The translations under genes and the position numbers were made by a program. A stretch of 52,113 nucleotides of DNA, taken from the NCBI GenBank assembly GCA_046761065.1, contig JBHIFL010000021.1:1-52113 (forward strand). Reading direction: 5' to 3'. The notes under the pieces were generated by a model. That model was not told where the DNA came from and did no database searches. It saw only the letters and a list, made by a program, of their open reading frames with translations. Within the stretch, counting starts at the first letter, position 1; the number at the start of each line of letters is the position of its first letter. Shown here piece by piece: positions 30,662 through 40,492 of the stretch. This DNA is from Candidatus Heimdallarchaeota archaeon. GTDB lineage: Archaea > Asgardarchaeota > Wukongarchaeia > Wukongarchaeales > JBHIFL01.

Positions 30662-30728
30662 AATGGTTGAATAAATTAAGATTCTCTTTATTGAAACTAC
30701 TTACATTGTTTAATCCGAATGTGGGCGC

Positions 30729-30745
30729 AGAAAAAAAAGAAGAGA
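30729..30745 (-). terminator. Oligo-T terminator after the histone gene
   Basis: CTCTTCTTTTTTTTCT on the minus strand about 20-35 nt after the stop. Confidence 0.5.
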
Positions 30746-30764
30746 GGGGTTTATTCCGCGTCTT

Positions 30765-30971
30765 CTATCCTTTTGCAGCTTCCGCGATGTCTCCGTCCAT
30801 GATTGTTACACGTTTGGCTGCTTTTGCAAGCCCATCCGCGTTTTTGGCGAGCTTCTTCCCTTCTGCTGTTAGGATATCATTGAGTGCGGTCACTGCGGAT
30901 TTCGAGACGCGAAATTTGGTACCAATACTCTCTTTAATAAGTTTTTTAACTCGTGAGGCGCTAAAGGCCAT
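30765..30971 (-). CDS. Archaeal histone (HMf-type histone fold)
   Basis: RVSKSAV...KRVTIMDGDI aligns without gaps to HMfB RVSDDAR...GRKTIKAEDI. ATG 30971, or GTG 30980. Confidence 0.9.
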   Translation of the reverse strand: MAFSASRVKKLIKESIGTKFRVSKSAVTALNDILTAEGKKLAKNADGLAKAAKRVTIMDGDIAEAAKG

Positions 30972-31377
30972 TTTTCGCACATCCAGATTTCTTTTTTGCT
31001 ATTCCATTTTTTTGGTACGTCCTATCATACTTTCGCGAGTACACCAAAATATGATGGAACTCAGACCTGTTATGTGCCACACTTGCATATAAACATTGCG
31101 CCTTGATGATTATTCGTTTATTGGTGGTGGGAACTATGATGGGTTGAGTTCAAAATGGTTCTGCATAAAATTAAGTGGATCGCCCAAAATTGATTTTAAT
31201 TTCTGGATATCTAAGGTTTTTAATAACAGAAAGTTAATTTTTTAATGAAAGGGTAATGGAACCGATCACCATGGATTAAATTTACTTATATGGCATTTCC
31301 AATTAGTATTCAAATTCACTCATTTATGTCGGGGCATTAAGAATAATATACCCACATTACCAATTATTCTAATATTT

Positions 31378-31662
31378 CTAATGTTCAGGAACGTGAGTTA
31401 TGATTAGTTTTCTCTTATCGCTGCGTGAAAGCTTTTTGATTTCTAATTCCCTTTGAATGGCTTCTTTCCGTGTTTGATGTCTTTCAATGTGGACTAATTT
31501 GACTGGGAGTCGATTGCGGGTATATCTTCCCCCTATTCCGCTGTTATGTTCTTGCACCCGTCGATCAATATTCGTGGTGTGTCCAGTATAGTAGGAACCA
31601 TCCTGACATTGTAAAATGTAGGTAAAATATTGCTTTTTGGATCTTCGGGGCATAAACCTCAA
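31378..31662 (-). CDS. GIY-YIG nuclease family protein (UPF0213/YhbQ-like)
   Basis: YILQCQDGSYYTGHT, RVQEHNSG, YTR and RELEIKKL motifs. Confidence 0.92.
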   Translation of the reverse strand: MRFMPRRSKKQYFTYILQCQDGSYYTGHTTNIDRRVQEHNSGIGGRYTRNRLPVKLVHIERHQTRKEAIQRELEIKKLSRSDKRKLIITHVPEH

Positions 31663-31851
31663 ACCTCGCCTAGTTAACCAAGTTTCTTCTCCAGTGTTTT
31701 TTAAATGGGAGTTCTCTAGTACTACGTGATGACACTAAAGGGGTTCCTTCAAAAACTTTATCGTTGAATATTTAGGAGTGAAATCGCAGAAGTCATATCA
31801 TTTATGTGCAGAAGACATACTGCCATATCAGATTCATGAAGGGCTAAAACA

Positions 31852-32673
31852 TTGTTTGTTGGTATTCTAGTCATTGGGAACGAGGTGTTGGATGGTATTA
31901 CTTTGGATACCAATTCAAACTGGTTAGCAAGACGTTTAATACCTCTGGGGGCAAAGATAAAGACACGGATCACTGTTCGTGATGATATTAGAGCCATATC
32001 CAAAGCCCTTCTCCATTTGATCGAACTGGGATGCAATGTTATCTTTGTTTCAGGAGGTCTTGGCCCTACGCACGATGACATGACTTTACAAGGAATTGGC
32101 CATGCACTGGAGATAGAACTTGAGCTCAACCTCCAAGCGCTGGCTATTGTAGAGCGGCAATATCAATGGCTGCATGAAAAAGGACTCGTTGATACTCCTG
32201 AAATCAATGAACCTCGAAAAAAAATGGCCAACCTCCCGAAGGGTGCTATTCCATTGGATAATAGGGTTGGGGGGGCCCCTGGAGTTCTAATAAAACGAAA
32301 TAATATTCTGATTTTTGCTTTACCAGGGGTCCCAGCTGAACTAAAATCGATATATAAGGCAAAGGTAGAACCATTCCTCTTAAAGAAGCGTTCAAGATTC
32401 TATTCGGAAGCGGTAATTGAGCGGGAAGTCAAAGATGAGTCGATGATTGCACCTTTGATTGACCAACTCATGATCCAGTTCCCAAATCTCTGGGTGAAAT
32501 CCCTCCCACCAGCTTATGGGACTTCGAATAAGATTCGGTTTTGGTTTTCCCTCTCCTCCGATCAAAAAGATCCGGAAATTCTTCATAAAACTATTGACAG
32601 AGCGATTAAAACATTTGATGAATTATTGAAGGAGCAGACCTTCGATTCTGAAAAAAGGAGCAAAAGTTCTTGA
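31852..32673 (+). CDS. CinA-like molybdopterin-binding domain protein
   Basis: IGNEVLDG..LDTNS, SGGLGPTHDDMT and ALPGVPAE motifs. Confidence 0.9.
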   Translation: MFVGILVIGNEVLDGITLDTNSNWLARRLIPLGAKIKTRITVRDDIRAISKALLHLIELGCNVIFVSGGLGPTHDDMTLQGIGHALEIELELNLQALAIVERQYQWLHEKGLVDTPEINEPRKKMANLPKGAIPLDNRVGGAPGVLIKRNNILIFALPGVPAELKSIYKAKVEPFLLKKRSRFYSEAVIEREVKDESMIAPLIDQLMIQFPNLWVKSLPPAYGTSNKIRFWFSLSSDQKDPEILHKTIDRAIKTFDELLKEQTFDSEKRSKSS

Positions 32674-32851
32674 TATCCTCTTTATTTTTTACTAGACATT
32701 CCTAAAAATTGCCATAAATAGTTATAGAACATACTAACGTTCAGCAAAAAATCTTATTTTAAGTCCTCATTTTATTGGATAACCGTAGCTACGTATGTTT
32801 TGTGGATCTCTCCGAAATTCTCTAGTTCTGAAGAAAAGAAGGAAAAGCTAT

Positions 32852-33109
32852 TCAGGACTCTCTTTTATGTTTAGGCATCGAAAGTACCCGGCCTCCATGA
32901 GTACTCTTTATATGAGGGAAATTATAAAGATCTCTGTCAGCATTTACTTCAATCTTCAAGAGCCCTTCGGTCAGAAAGAGATTGAGGAAGAACTTTTTAC
33001 CACATGTTGGACAAAAAGTGTTCACAGTATGTTTTCCTCCTCCTTGATCAGGGACTGAGAGTAATGTATTACAAATGGAGCAATGAAATGTGATCTTATT
33101 GAGTTTCAT
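32852..33109 (-). CDS. Small zinc-ribbon protein
   Basis: CSIC...CPTCG; AGGAGG upstream of ATG. Confidence 0.7.
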   Translation of the reverse strand: MKLNKITFHCSICNTLLSVPDQGGGKHTVNTFCPTCGKKFFLNLFLTEGLLKIEVNADRDLYNFPHIKSTHGGRVLSMPKHKRES

Positions 33110-33551
33110 GAAAACGACCTCCTATTCCATAGGAAAAAATTTGCAGTAATCCTGCCCGCCATATAGACTTAAACAAGTCAACCAATTACTAATCAAATTT
33201 GAAAATAGATTGAATCAATTTTATTGATTACCAATATCAACCATCAGATTGCCCTTTCCCCGGCTCCAATCCTATAAAAGGGTATCGGTAAAGCGTATTT
33301 TGTAAATATAAAATATTGAAGAGTAAAACCGATTATAATTGGGAATTTATTTTTTAGTTATACCAAAAAAGTGTCCCTTACCACTCATCGGGAAAATAGA
33401 TCCTCTGTTGTTCCCATTAGCCTTTTTAATTCAAGTTTATGTTAAACCAAATATATTAACAGTGGCGTTCTTAAAGAAAGGAAAAAAACATGGGTTAAAA
33501 CGAAAAGGTAGCCATAAATAGATTAATGGTTACTTTTACTAATGTTTTCAT

Positions 33552-33558
33552 AAAAAAA
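33552..33558 (-). terminator. T7 tract terminator
   Basis: Seven T on the minus strand 6 nt after the peptide stop codon. Confidence 0.5.
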
Positions 33559-33564
33559 GGCGAC

Positions 33565-33702
33565 CTAAAGAGGCGTGGGAAGCATTGTAGCACCAAGAGC
33601 TCCGGTCGCCAAGAGAGCTGCTAGGACGATCATTATTGCCATCCCAATTAGAAAACTCGTACTTACTGGAATTGTAAACTTATGAGTTCCAATAGTTGCC
33701 AT
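33565..33702 (-). CDS. Unannotated 45-aa hydrophobic peptide
   Basis: MATIGTHKFTIPVSTSFLIGMAIMIVLAALLATGALGATMLPTPL*. GAGGT motif upstream, starts 37 nt after the S26 stop, T-tract after; below the 60-aa track cutoff. Confidence 0.7.
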   Translation of the reverse strand: MATIGTHKFTIPVSTSFLIGMAIMIVLAALLATGALGATMLPTPL

Positions 33703-33739
33703 ACTTAATCAACCTCAACAACTTCTTTACAGTTAATCC

Positions 33740-35044
33740 TTAAAAAATTTGTTTTTCAAGATCTTTCTCATTCTTCTGAGAAAAAAGTGATTGTTCGATT
33801 TTCCAATACCCCAGCCCGATAAGAACAGAAGCGATGCTGATGAACAAAAGATGAGGTAACACATATGGGTGAACAATCATTCGATATTCATATTTTCTTA
33901 AATACCCCACCGGTGAAAACCAATATCGCTCACTATAATCCCATTTCTGCATATCTTGCACGAACTGCAAGGATTCTTCCCCGTTGATCCCATTAGATAC
34001 TCGTTGGGCTGAATATGCAAAAGCATTTACAACAATATAGCTTGCATTCACTGAAGTAATAAACGGGAAATAAAAGCCTAAATATTCTGAATTCACTCGA
34101 TTTGAGATAATAACTAGCCCTAGGTGATTAATTGTCAGCCGTTCGGTGTAGTTTATATCCTTAATTGTACCATTTGACCATTGTTTGACCTTTTTTGTTA
34201 ACTGTATTATTATATATTGTGGGATTTTTGCAAGTATTTGGATCTCAATTGTTCCACCCGTAGGGGAGGTAGGTCCCCAGACCTGTTTTATCTCCCCAGA
34301 AATCTGGTAAATTGCGCTCTCGCCGGGTTCGATTGTCTCTCCAAAGCCATTTGTTGAAAGTTCAATGACTTCTGTTACGTGGCCGCCACTCAAGCTAAAT
34401 CCTTGCATTATTACCAACATTACAAAGGAGGAGCCTGCAAGTCCCACCAGCCCTTTTTTCTTTAAACGAATGGATCTCACATAGAAAACCCAATAAAGGA
34501 AAGCTGCAATGAAAATAAGTGCAAAAAGGCCGTCGAATGAAATTAGGATTGCGATTGGCCAGCCAAGATATCGGAGCTTATAAATAACTTGGCCTTTGAT
34601 TGTCTTGGCTGGGACTAGCGAAATGATAATCCGCCTCCCATTGTCATCGAAGGCGGGTTTGTGAATAACGTCTTTGGCGCCTTTATGCACGTCAGGTCTG
34701 CCGTTCAATTCACCATAGAGCGCAAAATATCTTATCCCATCAATGATTGAGATATTCCAGACTTGGTGGAGAATTCGTTCTTGGAAGGTGCCATAATCGA
34801 TCTCATAGATGATGATATCCCCAACCTTCAGATCTACAGGGTCCACTTTCTGTACTATGAGCAGATCACCCACTTCATAGTAGGGGGACATACTTGGAGA
34901 CATGACCACCTCGAATGGTCTGGGATTAGAGGTCCCAATAGCAATAAGAGCATAGCTCACCAAAAAGAAAATAACTGGCGCAACAAACGCCATGCGTGAT
35001 CTTTTCTCCTCTTTTTCGTGGGGATTGTCCCTACTCATATGCAA
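33740..35044 (-). CDS. Signal peptidase I-like (S26, ER/Sec11-type) multi-pass protein with C-terminal extension
   Basis: VMSPSMSP (Ser), GDLLIV, LKVGDIIIY, ILHQV (His), GELNGRPD and IKGQV...YLGW; additional TM segments and a ~180-aa extra domain. Confidence 0.8.
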   Translation of the reverse strand: MHMSRDNPHEKEEKRSRMAFVAPVIFFLVSYALIAIGTSNPRPFEVVMSPSMSPYYEVGDLLIVQKVDPVDLKVGDIIIYEIDYGTFQERILHQVWNISIIDGIRYFALYGELNGRPDVHKGAKDVIHKPAFDDNGRRIIISLVPAKTIKGQVIYKLRYLGWPIAILISFDGLFALIFIAAFLYWVFYVRSIRLKKKGLVGLAGSSFVMLVIMQGFSLSGGHVTEVIELSTNGFGETIEPGESAIYQISGEIKQVWGPTSPTGGTIEIQILAKIPQYIIIQLTKKVKQWSNGTIKDINYTERLTINHLGLVIISNRVNSEYLGFYFPFITSVNASYIVVNAFAYSAQRVSNGINGEESLQFVQDMQKWDYSERYWFSPVGYLRKYEYRMIVHPYVLPHLLFISIASVLIGLGYWKIEQSLFSQKNEKDLEKQIF

Positions 35045-35075
35045 GTTATTCCTCTACCTGCTGCCTATCATGAGT

Positions 35076-36197
35076 TCAAATCTGGATTAAATCCTCGCTC
35101 AACAGCTTAATCGCGAATTTCACCCGTTTTTTGTACATTTCTTTGGTTCTTTTGTTTTTTCCATAGCGTTCGAGGATGTCCAGCCCTTCGATTAGAAGGG
35201 CTACACTAACATCGAAATTAATGGGAAATCCATCCGGGTAGAGGCTGTGTAGGCTGGGTGCTCCCCACATCTGAAGAGTGGTGTCATAGTCTCGTAAGAA
35301 GTGTTTTAAGAGGTTTTGAGTCTTTGAAATGCTATTTGTTCTTTCATATTCCTGGAAAAAGAAAATTGAGAAGAATATTCCAATATCTTCAAATCGAGAA
35401 ACACTACTTGAAGTGTCTTCTAAATATTCCGGATCAATTATCCATATGATTGGATTCTCTGATCCTAGGTATTCTTGTTTTCCTCCTAAATCTGAAGAGG
35501 TTGACGAAAAAAGAATATTTCCATCATGGAAATCTCCAAAAGGGGTGGTACCCCCAAGGGAAGTGGTCAACAGCTTCATTTGTTTCCCGAACAGGTCCAG
35601 AAAGATATCTTTCAGCTTTATCCCAGCTCCAGGGAGCTGCACGGTTGCCATGGTTACAAGTCCTTCATAACGAGCTATGTTTATTTCGCGAATATCTGGT
35701 CCATGAATAGCCGCTAAGGCCCTACCTGCTAGACTTGCTTTTTTTGAGGGAGGGAGTTTCGTATCATTATATTCTGTTCCATCAATCCCCTCATAAACTA
35801 ATAATCCTAATTTTGGATCTGAATGCAACAATTTAGGTGTTTTTATATCTGGTACAGGAGGTTGGCGGTTTTGAAGACGCTCTCGAAGAATGTTTGCTTT
35901 TCTAGCCTCCTCCAAGGTTTTCTCAGACGTTTTGAAAAATTTTATAGCAATTTTTGAAGTCTGCTTTCCCATCTCTGTGCTGTATTGGACTGAAATGAGG
36001 TTGATCATTCCCGATCTGCCAAATTTTTTTACTCGCGAGACATCATTTATTGCAAAAAACCTGGGCCTTTGACCAGTTTGAGCTTCGAATTGATCGAAAA
36101 AATATTCTTGAAAGTGTTCAGCAATTTGACTAAGGGTTTCTTCTAAATGGATTTTTTGAATGATTCGCTTTGTAGTATCTGATTGATGTTCTGACAT
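35076..36197 (-). CDS. Protein-kinase-like / APH-family phosphotransferase
   Basis: IAIKFF, LVYEGIDG, LAAIH, FGDFHDGNILF (catalytic loop), IIDPE and RFEDIG. Confidence 0.85.
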   Translation of the reverse strand: MSEHQSDTTKRIIQKIHLEETLSQIAEHFQEYFFDQFEAQTGQRPRFFAINDVSRVKKFGRSGMINLISVQYSTEMGKQTSKIAIKFFKTSEKTLEEARKANILRERLQNRQPPVPDIKTPKLLHSDPKLGLLVYEGIDGTEYNDTKLPPSKKASLAGRALAAIHGPDIREINIARYEGLVTMATVQLPGAGIKLKDIFLDLFGKQMKLLTTSLGGTTPFGDFHDGNILFSSTSSDLGGKQEYLGSENPIIWIIDPEYLEDTSSSVSRFEDIGIFFSIFFFQEYERTNSISKTQNLLKHFLRDYDTTLQMWGAPSLHSLYPDGFPINFDVSVALLIEGLDILERYGKNKRTKEMYKKRVKFAIKLLSEDLIQI

Positions 36198-36341
36198 GGT
36201 CTTTTCCCCACTTACACTTCACCAGAACATCACTTACAGATTTGAAATCATCATTTCTTTATTACTTCCTCCTTCTGTTTACAGGTCCTCCTAGCGCAGT
36301 TACATGATTTCATTCGTCAATCTATTTCATTATATTTTATC

Positions 36342-37073
36342 TTAGGTCTTCTGTTCTGCTTTGGCTAATGTCTGGATCTGTTGCGCATCCTCTGCCAGAT
36401 TTGATAAGCGGGTTTGAGCTTCTTGTAGGCCATCTCCTTCTAATAGTCTTACTGGTGAGCCATCGGTGAGGGGCAGAAATATCGCTTGTATAAACACCTC
36501 AAGCCGATCAAGTAAGTCCGATAGACCATGAAATTGTTCTTTAAAGGTGGCTATTTCTCCTTTTTCCGGCATGATCATCGCCACGCCCGCAGAGGAATCA
36601 ATTGTTTGTTGCATTCCACGGTGGACGATTTGAATAGTACTTATAATTCGGTCAAATAAAATTTCTAATTCACGAGTGGCTTCAGGGCTTTTTCTTTTTA
36701 GTTGGGTTTTTGCTTCTTCAAAGCGTGGAACGAGCTCCTTTATTCGGTTAAGATCTGATTTTATCCGATTAATGGTCACAAAGACCCGGTTTCTATCCCA
36801 TTCAACCCCCACTCCTTCTCGCTTTTCAAAAAACCATAGTGGTAGATTTCTAGTTGTATCAATGATCGAACGGATGGCTCGATATTCTTCAAGATAACTT
36901 TTCACTTTTGCCTGATCTATTCCGATCGTGGAACGAAGGAGACGCTTCTCTTCACTCATAAATTGTTTCTCACGGAGTAAAAAATTTAGGATTTGCGTGT
37001 TTCCATGTTCTTGAAACAATTTAGGGTGTGTAATGATCACTTCTAGGATTTGCTCTATCGGATCTTGCTCCAA
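36342..37073 (-). CDS. Alpha-helical/coiled-coil hypothetical protein
   Basis: 243-aa ORF, TTG start after AAGGAG; heptad-like composition. Confidence 0.8.
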   Translation of the reverse strand: MEQDPIEQILEVIITHPKLFQEHGNTQILNFLLREKQFMSEEKRLLRSTIGIDQAKVKSYLEEYRAIRSIIDTTRNLPLWFFEKREGVGVEWDRNRVFVTINRIKSDLNRIKELVPRFEEAKTQLKRKSPEATRELEILFDRIISTIQIVHRGMQQTIDSSAGVAMIMPEKGEIATFKEQFHGLSDLLDRLEVFIQAIFLPLTDGSPVRLLEGDGLQEAQTRLSNLAEDAQQIQTLAKAEQKT

Positions 37074-37402
37074 TTATTCTAACTCCTTATGTGGTTTATA
37101 TTACATTTTTACCTAAAAAACCTTTCAAACAGAACCCAGCTATCTAGGGATCTTGGGAAATGGCAGACATTCTTTTTCATGGCGTGTCATTCATAAAAGC
37201 CTATCATATTAATATTTAGTTAAGAAGATTATAATAAGACATTTTGTTAAAATCTTCATTACCTATCTTCAAGCAACCCTTACTATACTGAATACGTAAT
37301 AATAAAATGGATAAATCCATTTAAACACCTACCCGAATACTGTTGGGAACTACTGACACATCATCCTACTTCTCATGCTATCTGCGGGGAAATATGAAAT
37401 GT

Positions 37403-38473
37403 CTAAAGTAATTTCTGTGCCCCTGCAATTAATCCTGCAGGTCCTGCCATCATTTGATCTCCAAATGGAGCTGCATGATGAAGGCGTTCCAAAGGCGAGA
37501 AGTTCATTTTGTGTTTTTGAGGACCAAGGATAGCTATGATTTCGATATTGCCTGATCCAATTGGCTCTTGGGTAAACGCCCCATGGCCACCACTCTTAAA
37601 AACTTCTTCATTTGGTAATTCGCCATCAGCCAAAGCCAACAGATCATTCTTCGCTTTTAGACCATTCATCAAGCCAGTATGCTGCTCATAGATTGCCATC
37701 AGTCGTTTTTTAACTATTATGCCCCCTAATGTGTGCTGATTGCCGAAATTCAAGATGCCAACATATTCTTTGGTTTTCAGGATCTCATCTTCTAGGGCTC
37801 CAAATAACACCGCTGGTCCAGTATCCATGACCAGACCGTCGCATCCTCTTTCTGTAATCTGTCGCGCGACCGCGCGCATCCTGGTAAATTCTGGAAGGAC
37901 TTGTCCTGTTTTAAATGCAAACTCCTCTATCCTGCCTCCTGCTTCAATCCCCGGTCTGAGGAGTCTTTCAAACCTAAATCTCCGCTCACTCTCACCTTTT
38001 GGAGCTTCTCCATGATCTTGGACTGCTACTGCAATCCCATCTACGGATCCAATGGAAATCCCAAAGTAAGCAAATGCCCTCTCTAGCGCATCCAGATCCA
38101 GATCACCCGTTCTGAGGCGCACATACCCTTCGCCTTCTAGCTTGTCAACCAATGCATCTGAGATGATCTCGATGCTCATCTCCCGAACAATATCTAAGTT
38201 GTCTCTAATGGTTCTTGCCGCTTTTGGTGTCATCGCTACATTAAACCCTGCTTCTAGATGCTTCTTGATTGATCGCGCAAATGGAAAACCCCCCATTGTC
38301 TCTCCATCGACCACAATATTCTTTCTTAGGCGCGTGAGCTTATCGACTTTTGCGGCTAAAAGTTTTGGTTGGGAAGGTAGAACCGCTTTCACGGCATTGC
38401 CAATTTCATTGTAGCTGTCATATAGGAGGATGTCTTGGGTTCCTGCCCCGACATCAATCGCTAGCAATCTCAT
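37403..38473 (-). CDS. DUF1786 family protein (ASKHA/actin-like fold)
   Basis: LAIDVGAGTQDILLYD, GETMGG, AVQDHG, MDTGPA, GNQHT, EQHT and GGHGA. Confidence 0.85.
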   Translation of the reverse strand: MRLLAIDVGAGTQDILLYDSYNEIGNAVKAVLPSQPKLLAAKVDKLTRLRKNIVVDGETMGGFPFARSIKKHLEAGFNVAMTPKAARTIRDNLDIVREMSIEIISDALVDKLEGEGYVRLRTGDLDLDALERAFAYFGISIGSVDGIAVAVQDHGEAPKGESERRFRFERLLRPGIEAGGRIEEFAFKTGQVLPEFTRMRAVARQITERGCDGLVMDTGPAVLFGALEDEILKTKEYVGILNFGNQHTLGGIIVKKRLMAIYEQHTGLMNGLKAKNDLLALADGELPNEEVFKSGGHGAFTQEPIGSGNIEIIAILGPQKHKMNFSPLERLHHAAPFGDQMMAGPAGLIAGAQKLL

Positions 38474-38551
38474 TTATACTCACCACCATCAGGTTCTTTT
38501 AAACATCTAATCAAAGATTTGAGTGTTCTAGGGCTACTTCTCGGACGGTTT

Positions 38552-39955
38552 TTAGAAGCTGTCGCTTTTGGAAAGAAGACAAAAGGGCGGCGGCGGTCGC
38601 AATTCATATAAAACAAAATGTTTGGCCTCAATTATTTTAGTGGCACCTGGTGGTATAGGTGGAACTCTCAGAGAAAGCTTGTCGATTAAAATCAGTACAT
38701 GCTCATAGTTTTCCCATAGCTCATGTGAAAGCTTTTTGGCTATATTACAATTTGTAATATACTGAACCCAATATCCAAGACGCAAATCACCAACTATAAC
38801 AGAGTTTGAAGGAATAAAACTTCCAATAAACTCTAGCTCATGATAATCTACCTCTCGAATCGTTGGCTTAATGGTCTTCGAAGTCGCAACTCCCTGCAAA
38901 ACAAGTGGAAGGAGACATAAAAGCAGAAATATTGCAGAGATCAATTTTCGTTTTATTTTTGACACAGCAAAACCCAAGACAAAAGCTATTGGAATAAATT
39001 CCATCAAGAGAAAACGCCACAACCACTCTTGGGGAATGAAGGGGAGAGAAAGAAAAACGCCTACGATGGTGACTGTGGAAATAGCTAAGGCGGTTTCTCT
39101 TTTTTTCGTGCGCCACTCATAAAAAGATAAAACAACTCCGGTTGCAAGGATTGGTATTATAAATAATCCACCTGAAGGTTCGAAAATAAATCCCATGGGG
39201 TTTGTCTCGCTTGTCTCAGTAAACAAATCTCTGAGAAACGCTAATCCCTTATAGAAATCTGTGAAAAAAGATGGAAAAACCACGAATGCTGAAATAGCGA
39301 AAACTAGAACGACTAAACTAAGGATTCCCGGAGTTTTTACAATGGATTTCCAGTCTTCACCAATAAAGCAGGCAATTAACGGGTAAAGAAACAGGAAGAG
39401 AAGAGCCACTCCAAAGTCTAAAATATGAGTTGCCCCAGTTAAAATTAGAAAAAAGGCGGCAAAAAACATGCTTTTCTTGGTTCTGTTGAAGCTGGAACAA
39501 TGGAGATAATAGATGAAACATAGTAAGAAAAACGCTCCAACTGAATTTTTGAGTAAGTCGTTCATTAATCTTATGTGTGGCGCCGAAAAGATGCATGCAA
39601 CCATAGCAACATATCCCGAAAGAGGAGAATGCGTGATTTGTTTCATCCATAAATAAAGTGGAAGGGCTGTTAATGCAGAAAAAATAGCAAGTCCCACTCT
39701 GATTCCCAGAGTGATATCTCCTCCTACAATTAAAGTAAAAAAGGTAAATATCAAAAAAGCTAGGGGAGGGTCCCCATATTTTAGACGTCCACTTTCCAGT
39801 AAACTTCTAACCTGAATCAGATAGTAGGGACCATCTATTCCATAAATAAGAGGATACCTCGTCAAGATATAGAGATAAAAAATGAAACTTGAAATAAGAA
39901 TTAGAATTAAAATTGCACTCTCTTTTCTCAAAGAATTACTTTCGGGGTTCATCAC
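38552..39955 (-). CDS. Polytopic membrane protein, GT-C glycosyltransferase-like
   Basis: First loop GIDGPYY, YGDPPL, about 11-13 TM, and a soluble C-terminal domain with YWVQY. Confidence 0.75.
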   Translation of the reverse strand: MMNPESNSLRKESAILILILISSFIFYLYILTRYPLIYGIDGPYYLIQVRSLLESGRLKYGDPPLAFLIFTFFTLIVGGDITLGIRVGLAIFSALTALPLYLWMKQITHSPLSGYVAMVACIFSAPHIRLMNDLLKNSVGAFFLLCFIYYLHCSSFNRTKKSMFFAAFFLILTGATHILDFGVALLFLFLYPLIACFIGEDWKSIVKTPGILSLVVLVFAISAFVVFPSFFTDFYKGLAFLRDLFTETSETNPMGFIFEPSGGLFIIPILATGVVLSFYEWRTKKRETALAISTVTIVGVFLSLPFIPQEWLWRFLLMEFIPIAFVLGFAVSKIKRKLISAIFLLLCLLPLVLQGVATSKTIKPTIREVDYHELEFIGSFIPSNSVIVGDLRLGYWVQYITNCNIAKKLSHELWENYEHVLILIDKLSLRVPPIPPGATKIIEAKHFVLYELRPPPPFCLLSKSDSF

Positions 39956-40330
39956 ATTATTTTAGTGTAAATATTTGTAATAAATTCTCTCATTCAAGTT
40001 GGAAGTTCTATCTTTCAGTGCAAATAGAGTGAGTGCAGCACAAATGAACTTGTTGAAGCGCGCGTAGATTTTTTTGATTACATTGGACATATTGGATTCT
40101 CAAAGGAGGAATTTTCATATAGAAATAAGATTTTTCACTCAGGAGAATTTTATCGATCTTTCTTCTCTTCTGCGTGCCCATTTGAGCGATGATTCTTCAA
40201 GCTCTGGCGGTGTCAGAGGAGGTGGCTAGACATCAAAAATGTCTGGGAAGAGGTCCTCCAAAATTTTCTTTATCTCTTTAGTCAATAACGTATTGATCGC
40301 TTCACAGGGTGGTCTTAGAAGTCTTTTTCG

Positions 40331-40357
40331 GAATTGATCGAGGCGAATTGATCGAGG
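40331..40357. repeat. Direct tandem duplication (13-bp unit, 14-bp period)
   Basis: gaattgatcgagg-c-gaattgatcgagg. Confidence 0.8.
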
Positions 40358-40492
40358 TTCTGGATGTGTCAATCCACTAAGACAAATAAGGCTGTGTTGA
40401 TCCTGCTAGGAAAAGATAAAAAAGGCACACTGCTGTAGCAAGGGCTAAAGATCAACCAATTCCTTGATACGCAATTTCATAGGGGTTTTTCA

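Noticed and set aside
30667-31092. 141-aa plus-strand ORF
   Set aside because: Antisense shadow of the histone gene.
33565-33702. Peptide as a type IV pilin/archaellin (class III signal)
   Set aside because: No [KR][GA] cleavage site followed by a +5 Glu-type hydrophobic motif, and no prepilin peptidase or assembly ATPase nearby.
36251-36313. 20-aa Cys-rich mini-ORF MKSCNCARRTCKQKEEVIKK upstream of the kinase
   Set aside because: No ribosome-binding motif, and too short to distinguish from chance without conservation data.
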